Assembly (NCBI GenBank): GCA_902559885.1
Contig: CACEJU010000004.1
Span: 4,526-68,525, forward strand
DNA: 64,000 nucleotides
Reading direction: 5' to 3'
DNA from: an uncultured SAR86 cluster bacterium
GTDB lineage: Bacteria; Pseudomonadota; Gammaproteobacteria; Magnimaribacterales; D2472
This document shows, in pieces, positions 59,391 through 64,000 of this stretch (position 1 is the first letter of the stretch; every line of letters begins with the position of its first letter). The translations under genes were made by a program, and so were the position numbers. Under the pieces are notes generated by a model. The model was not told the origin of the DNA and made no database searches. It was given only the letters and a program-made list of their open reading frames with translations.

Positions 59391-61907
59391 ATGAATAAAT
59401 ATTTTACAAATTTTCTTGCTCTAACATTCTTTGTGGTCGCTGTAGCTCAAGATAGCGAAGAATCTGTAGAGGAGGTTGTAGTTGTTGGTACTAAGGCTAG
59501 TATTGTATCGGCATTAAGCAAACAACAAGCATCCGATAAGATTGTTTCAGTTGCTGACTCTGATGCGCTTGGTGATTTTCCAGATACTACTGCTGCAGAA
59601 GCTATAAGAAGACTATCAGGTATTACAGTTGAAAATGATCAGGGTGAAGGTAGATATGTAAGTATCAGAGGTTTATCTGGTGACTTAAACTCTATTGCTG
59701 TTAATGGTGCGCTTGTACCAGCTCCCGAAGGTGGAAGAAAGGTCATGCTAGATGGTCTGCCTACAGAACTACTGGATAATATTGAAGTTTACAAATCTCT
59801 CACACCAGATATGGATGCAGATGCAATTGGCGGCCATATTGAATTTAACACTAAAAGAGCAAGCTCTCTTGATGGAAGAATTTTAAAATTTAAATATGAC
59901 ACTTCTTATAATGAAAATACTGAGAATTCAGATAACCCAAAATTTGCTCTTAGTTATGGAGATATGATTACTGAACGTTTAGGTCATATTCTAGGCTTAA
60001 CTTACTCATCTAAGCAGATCATTTCATATAACAATGAAACTGGTTTTCCAGGTTGGACTGAAGATGATGACGGTGACAAGTACTTTGATGATGATTGGGA
60101 AATGAGGTACTACGATTTAACCAGAGAAAGATTTGGTTTAACTTATGATATTGACTATCAACTTAATGATGTAACTTTCTTATATGCAAATTTTCTTTTA
60201 AATGAATATGAAGATGACGAAGTTAGATTTAAAGATGAGCATGGAAAGCTTAAGTTTGGCGATATTAATGGTGATGTTGCAGAAATAACTAGAATTAGAA
60301 GAGATGCTGAAGCTAGAAAAAGAATTGAGAATAGAACTATTAGAACATTATCACTTGGATTAGAGACTGAATATAATGGGTGGTTTACGGAATTAAAATT
60401 TTCAAATTCATTTGCTGAGCAAGATGATACAGATAATGTAGATGTAAAATTTAGAAGCAGCACATTCGAATGTGAGCCTTGTGGTTATTTTACATATTCA
60501 AATGCTCAAACTCCTGCATTTACTTTTAACCCAAGTGTAGCTGATTTATGGAATACCGGAATCGGTGTTGATGCTTTTGAAGAAGAAGATGATTTAATTT
60601 CTGACAAAGAAACAGCAATAAAATTAGATATGACCAAAGATGGTTTTGAGGTTATTGGTCGACCAACTACTGTTAAGTTTGGATTTAAGCATAGTAACAG
60701 AGAAAAGAAACGAAATAATGAAGTCTGGGAATGGGAAGATGATGTCGTTACACAAGATCAATCTTTCTTTGGCGCAGACTACAGAGTAGACTGGCCTTTC
60801 CCTGGACAAAATATGGGCCCAATGGCAGATCCTAATCTTTTATTTACATACCAAAATACATGGGGTCCTTATACAAGAGGTCAGACTGAGAAAGATTACT
60901 TTTCAGAAGAAGAAATAATATCTGCATATGTTATGGGTACATTAGAATATGATAATGCTACTGTTATTGCAGGCGTTAGAGTTGAAGATACAAAATTTAA
61001 TACTCAAGGATTTAATGCTGAAACAGGTGATTTAATTTTTGGAGAAAATAATTATACGTTTGTTGCTCCAAGCTTAAATATTAAATATTTTTTATCTGAA
61101 GATGCAATATTAAGAGCTGCTGTATGGAAGTCTCTAGCTAGACCAGGTTTCAGTGAATCTGCGCCTGTTGCAGATTTTAAGAGTGATGGTGATGGGGTAT
61201 TTAAAGGTGAAATGGGTAATCCAGACTTAGATCCATATGAAGCAACTAATTACGATCTTTCCTATGAATACTATGGAGAAAATACAAGTTATTCTATTGG
61301 ATTTTTCTGGAAAGATATCTCTAATGCAATCTATCCTGTTATCACTGCAGGCACATACAATGGAATAGTATTTAATGAATTAGAAACATATGTAAATACT
61401 GATGACTCTAGAGTAGATGGAATAGAGTTAAATATCTTCCATGAATTTATTAATCTTCCAGAGCCACTTGATGGATTATTTGTTCAGTTAAATGTTACCA
61501 AAACAGATGGACAGAGCACATTGGCTGTAGATAGCGGTTCTGTAACATTCCCGTTTAGAAAACTTTCTGAGGATGTTTACAATTTATCAGTTGGTTATGA
61601 TAAGGGTCCATTTGATATTAGATTATCTTTAGTTTCAAGAAGTCCATACTTAGACTATCTTGCTGATGAGGATTCACCAGCTGAAACTCAAGAGGATCTA
61701 AATGTTGATAATATTAGATATACCGACGATCATAAGCAGTTAGATTTCAATCTAAAATATGATATTTCTGATAATTTAAGTATCAAATTCGACATTAATA
61801 ATATAGATGACGAACCAGAATATTATTATTGGGGTAGACCTGATAGACTCTCCCAATATGATGTTTATGGAACAACGTATTCAATCGGTGTTAGATATAA
61901 ACTATAA
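59391..61907 (+). CDS. TonB-dependent receptor (phytase-associated type)
   Basis: Signal peptide; EEVVVVG TonB box; ENDQGEGRYVSIRGL plug; GNPDLDPYEATNYD; C-terminal GVRYKL. Confidence 0.95.
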   Translation: MNKYFTNFLALTFFVVAVAQDSEESVEEVVVVGTKASIVSALSKQQASDKIVSVADSDALGDFPDTTAAEAIRRLSGITVENDQGEGRYVSIRGLSGDLNSIAVNGALVPAPEGGRKVMLDGLPTELLDNIEVYKSLTPDMDADAIGGHIEFNTKRASSLDGRILKFKYDTSYNENTENSDNPKFALSYGDMITERLGHILGLTYSSKQIISYNNETGFPGWTEDDDGDKYFDDDWEMRYYDLTRERFGLTYDIDYQLNDVTFLYANFLLNEYEDDEVRFKDEHGKLKFGDINGDVAEITRIRRDAEARKRIENRTIRTLSLGLETEYNGWFTELKFSNSFAEQDDTDNVDVKFRSSTFECEPCGYFTYSNAQTPAFTFNPSVADLWNTGIGVDAFEEEDDLISDKETAIKLDMTKDGFEVIGRPTTVKFGFKHSNREKKRNNEVWEWEDDVVTQDQSFFGADYRVDWPFPGQNMGPMADPNLLFTYQNTWGPYTRGQTEKDYFSEEEIISAYVMGTLEYDNATVIAGVRVEDTKFNTQGFNAETGDLIFGENNYTFVAPSLNIKYFLSEDAILRAAVWKSLARPGFSESAPVADFKSDGDGVFKGEMGNPDLDPYEATNYDLSYEYYGENTSYSIGFFWKDISNAIYPVITAGTYNGIVFNELETYVNTDDSRVDGIELNIFHEFINLPEPLDGLFVQLNVTKTDGQSTLAVDSGSVTFPFRKLSEDVYNLSVGYDKGPFDIRLSLVSRSPYLDYLADEDSPAETQEDLNVDNIRYTDDHKQLDFNLKYDISDNLSIKFDINNIDDEPEYYYWGRPDRLSQYDVYGTTYSIGVRYKL

Positions 61908-61919
61908 AAATAATGCCTT

Positions 61920-61950
61920 AAAAAGAGCAAGCTTTATGCTTGCTCTTTTT
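61920..61950 (+). terminator. Strong terminator-like hairpin overlapping the probable phytase start
   Basis: 13-bp perfect inverted repeat AAAAAGAGCAAGC-TTTAT-GCTTGCTCTTTTT. Confidence 0.8.
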
Positions 61951-62994
61951 GTATGTATTAACATAAACGCTGAATTACTACTTGATAAAAAAGTTTATAT
62001 TGTTAAACCTGTCAGTGAAACTGGGCAGGTTATTTCCAAAGGTGATGCTGCAGATGATCCTGCTATCTGGGTTAATCCATATAATTCAAGTAACTCACTA
62101 GTATTTGGAACAGATAAAAGAAGTGGAATTTATACTTTTGATCTGTTTGGTAATGAAATTAGCTATACAAAAATAGGAAAGATTAACAATATTGATTTAA
62201 GATCTATTGATTTCGAAAACAAAGGTAGTTTTTCTTTTATATTTGCATCAAATAGATCAAAACATTCTTTAGATTTATGGATCTATGAAAGCAAAGCAAT
62301 TGATCTTTTAATTAATAATGAATCTTTTTATATTCCAAAAAACTCCAATTTTTCTATTAACTCGAAAATGATCGTTTACGGTGTCTGCGCTGGTTATGAT
62401 ATTAAATATGGAGTCGTAGCATTTTTAACAGAAGATGAAGGCCCACATGTAGAAATGTATCAATACTATGATGATGGACTTAGACTCTTAAAAAGATTTA
62501 AAAATCAAAACTCAGAACAGTCAGAAGGCTGTGTCTATGATGATGAGAATAGAACTTTATTTATTTCTGAAGAAGGTGAGCGAGGAATAATTAGAGCTTA
62601 TGATATCAATGATGATTTAGACTTTTCTAATTTTAATGTTGTTGATACTAGAGAGGGATTTATTGATGAGGACCCAGAAGGATTAACTATCTATAAGACT
62701 GACGCAAACAAAGGTTATTTGATTGCTTCTTCGCAAGGTGACAATTCATTCAATCTTTATAATAGACAAAATCCTTATAATTACATTGGAAGTTTTAAAA
62801 TCGGTCATTCTTTAGGTATTGATAATGTTTCTGATACTGATGGTATTGATGTTACAAATATAAATTTAGGAACTAACTATAAAAAAGGTTTGTTTGTAGT
62901 TCAGGACGGAACTAATGATGGAGCAGAAATTGTCGAAAGACAAAACTTTAAATACGTTTCTTTTGAAGATGTAATTAAAGTGCTAAATCTCTAA
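61936..62994 (+). CDS. Beta-propeller phytase
   Basis: DAADDPAIWV, GTDK, NNIDLR, QSEGCVYDD, DPEGLTIY, SSQGDNSF, DTDGID and QNFKYV motifs. Start uncertain; 61936 is the first in-frame ATG after the TBDR stop. Confidence 0.92.
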   Translation: MLALFVCININAELLLDKKVYIVKPVSETGQVISKGDAADDPAIWVNPYNSSNSLVFGTDKRSGIYTFDLFGNEISYTKIGKINNIDLRSIDFENKGSFSFIFASNRSKHSLDLWIYESKAIDLLINNESFYIPKNSNFSINSKMIVYGVCAGYDIKYGVVAFLTEDEGPHVEMYQYYDDGLRLLKRFKNQNSEQSEGCVYDDENRTLFISEEGERGIIRAYDINDDLDFSNFNVVDTREGFIDEDPEGLTIYKTDANKGYLIASSQGDNSFNLYNRQNPYNYIGSFKIGHSLGIDNVSDTDGIDVTNINLGTNYKKGLFVVQDGTNDGAEIVERQNFKYVSFEDVIKVLNL

Positions 62995-64000
62995 TTTATC
63001 GACAAAATCTTCTAAGTCTTTAGCTAATATCTCTGGTTTCTCTAGTGCTGCAAAGTGCCCACCATCATATACATTCCATTGTATTAAATTATAAATTTCT
63101 TCTGCCCATTTTTTAGGAGGTATCATTATGTCTTTTTTAAAGATTGCTCCTGCAGTTGGTACAGATATTTTGTTAAAAGAAAAACCAAAGTCTCCATTCT
63201 CTTTGTAAAGCTTGAGTGATGAATTAATAGAATTTGAAAACCAATAAAGACTTATAATTGATAAAACTTCATCGGTTGTGGCTACTAAATTATTATCATT
63301 GTCATTAAACCAGCCAAAATATTTTTCAACAATCCAGCCAGCAAGACCAGCAGGAGAATCTGTAAGGCCATAGCCTAAACTTTGAGGCTTAGTTTTTTGT
63401 ATTTCATAATATCCAAAACCTTGGGTTTTATATTTTTCATAATTCTCAAGAAGTTTTAACTCTTTTTCAGATACACCTTCAAATGGATCTTTTTCTGGTG
63501 GATAAGCTATAACTAAATTAAGATGCAATCCTATACATGAATCTGGATATAATTCTGCTATCCACTTGCTAATCGTTGCACCCCAATCTCCACCTTGAAC
63601 AATATATTTTTTATAACCAAGTTCTAGCATTAATTCATGCCAGATATGAGCTATCTTTTCAGAATTAAAGCCTTTTTTTTCTGGTTTTCCAGAAAAACCA
63701 AAGCCTGGAATAGAAGGGCAGACAATTGAAAAGTTGTACTTGGTTGAGTTTGATAGGATTTTAGTAATTTTTAGAAATTCTTGGATGCTTCCTGGCCAAC
63801 CATGCGTAAAGAGTATTGGTATAGACTCCGATACCTCTGATCTTGCATGAATGAAATGAATATCTATATTTTCTTTTGATTTAAAAATATAACTTCCAAG
63901 TTCATTGATTTTAGACTCTGCTTTCCTCCAGTCATAATCATTAGCCCAATAATTTAAAAAATCTTTAAGAAAGTCTTTATTTGTGCCATTAACCCAATCC
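62983..64000 (-). CDS. Epoxide hydrolase (EHN + alpha/beta hydrolase), 5' end beyond the window
   Basis: The frame stays open to the window edge: YWANDYDWRKAE, HGWPGS, QGGDWG and GGHFAALE motifs. Confidence 0.9.
   Translation of the reverse strand, partial: DWVNGTNKDFLKDFLNYWANDYDWRKAESKINELGSYIFKSKENIDIHFIHARSEVSESIPILFTHGWPGSIQEFLKITKILSNSTKYNFSIVCPSIPGFGFSGKPEKKGFNSEKIAHIWHELMLELGYKKYIVQGGDWGATISKWIAELYPDSCIGLHLNLVIAYPPEKDPFEGVSEKELKLLENYEKYKTQGFGYYEIQKTKPQSLGYGLTDSPAGLAGWIVEKYFGWFNDNDNNLVATTDEVLSIISLYWFSNSINSSLKLYKENGDFGFSFNKISVPTAGAIFKKDIMIPPKKWAEEIYNLIQWNVYDGGHFAALEKPEILAKDLEDFVDKLEI

Noticed and set aside
301-60809. Many 60-130 aa ORFs antisense to or frame-shifted within long genes (e.g. 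961-1308, 6980-7303, 38628-39014, 60158-60463)
   Set aside because: Fully nested in well-supported genes, no recognisable motifs, and composition typical of shadow ORFs
61807-61935. Long N-terminal extension of the phytase overlapping the TBDR 3' end
   Set aside because: About 100 nt of overlap with a conserved barrel terminus and no family-like content; treated as open-frame run-up, although the true start remains uncertain

Overview
AT-rich, gene-dense bacterial DNA with a streamlined layout: short gaps, many overlapping stop/start codons, and overlapping convergent gene ends. Gene content suggests a marine heterotrophic gammaproteobacterium, possibly SAR86-like (inference only). There are three blocks. 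(1) 1-25.9 kb: a beta-1,3-glucan (laminarin) utilisation locus (SSS sugar symporter, GH3, glucokinase, GH149-type phosphorylase, two GH17, a clan GH-A enzyme, GH30, MFS). It is co-oriented and contiguous with zwf-edd-eda and lies next to hexR, aceEF, pgl, pyk and gap, with HexR-like operators. (2) 25.9-37.6 kb: mixed genes, namely a stand-alone rpmG, a CinA-like/nucleotidyltransferase fusion, an FeS photolyase, phoD, tRNA-Gly, pilD, an uncalled 28-aa membrane smORF, ggt and two acyl-CoA synthetases. (3) 37.6-63 kb: a phosphorus-acquisition island comprising an atypical phoB/phoR pair, a Pho-box-preceded small secreted protein, a 977-aa internally duplicated ElpS-like lipoprotein with a TonB-dependent receptor, type II secretion genes gspC-M, ppx, ppk2, pit, a TetR regulator and a TonB-dependent receptor/beta-propeller phytase pair. 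The best candidate for an under-described system is the Pho-linked module of duplicated lipoprotein, TBDR, T2SS and polyphosphate enzymes. No mobile element or CRISPR array was seen. All family calls come from motif recognition by eye, not database searches.
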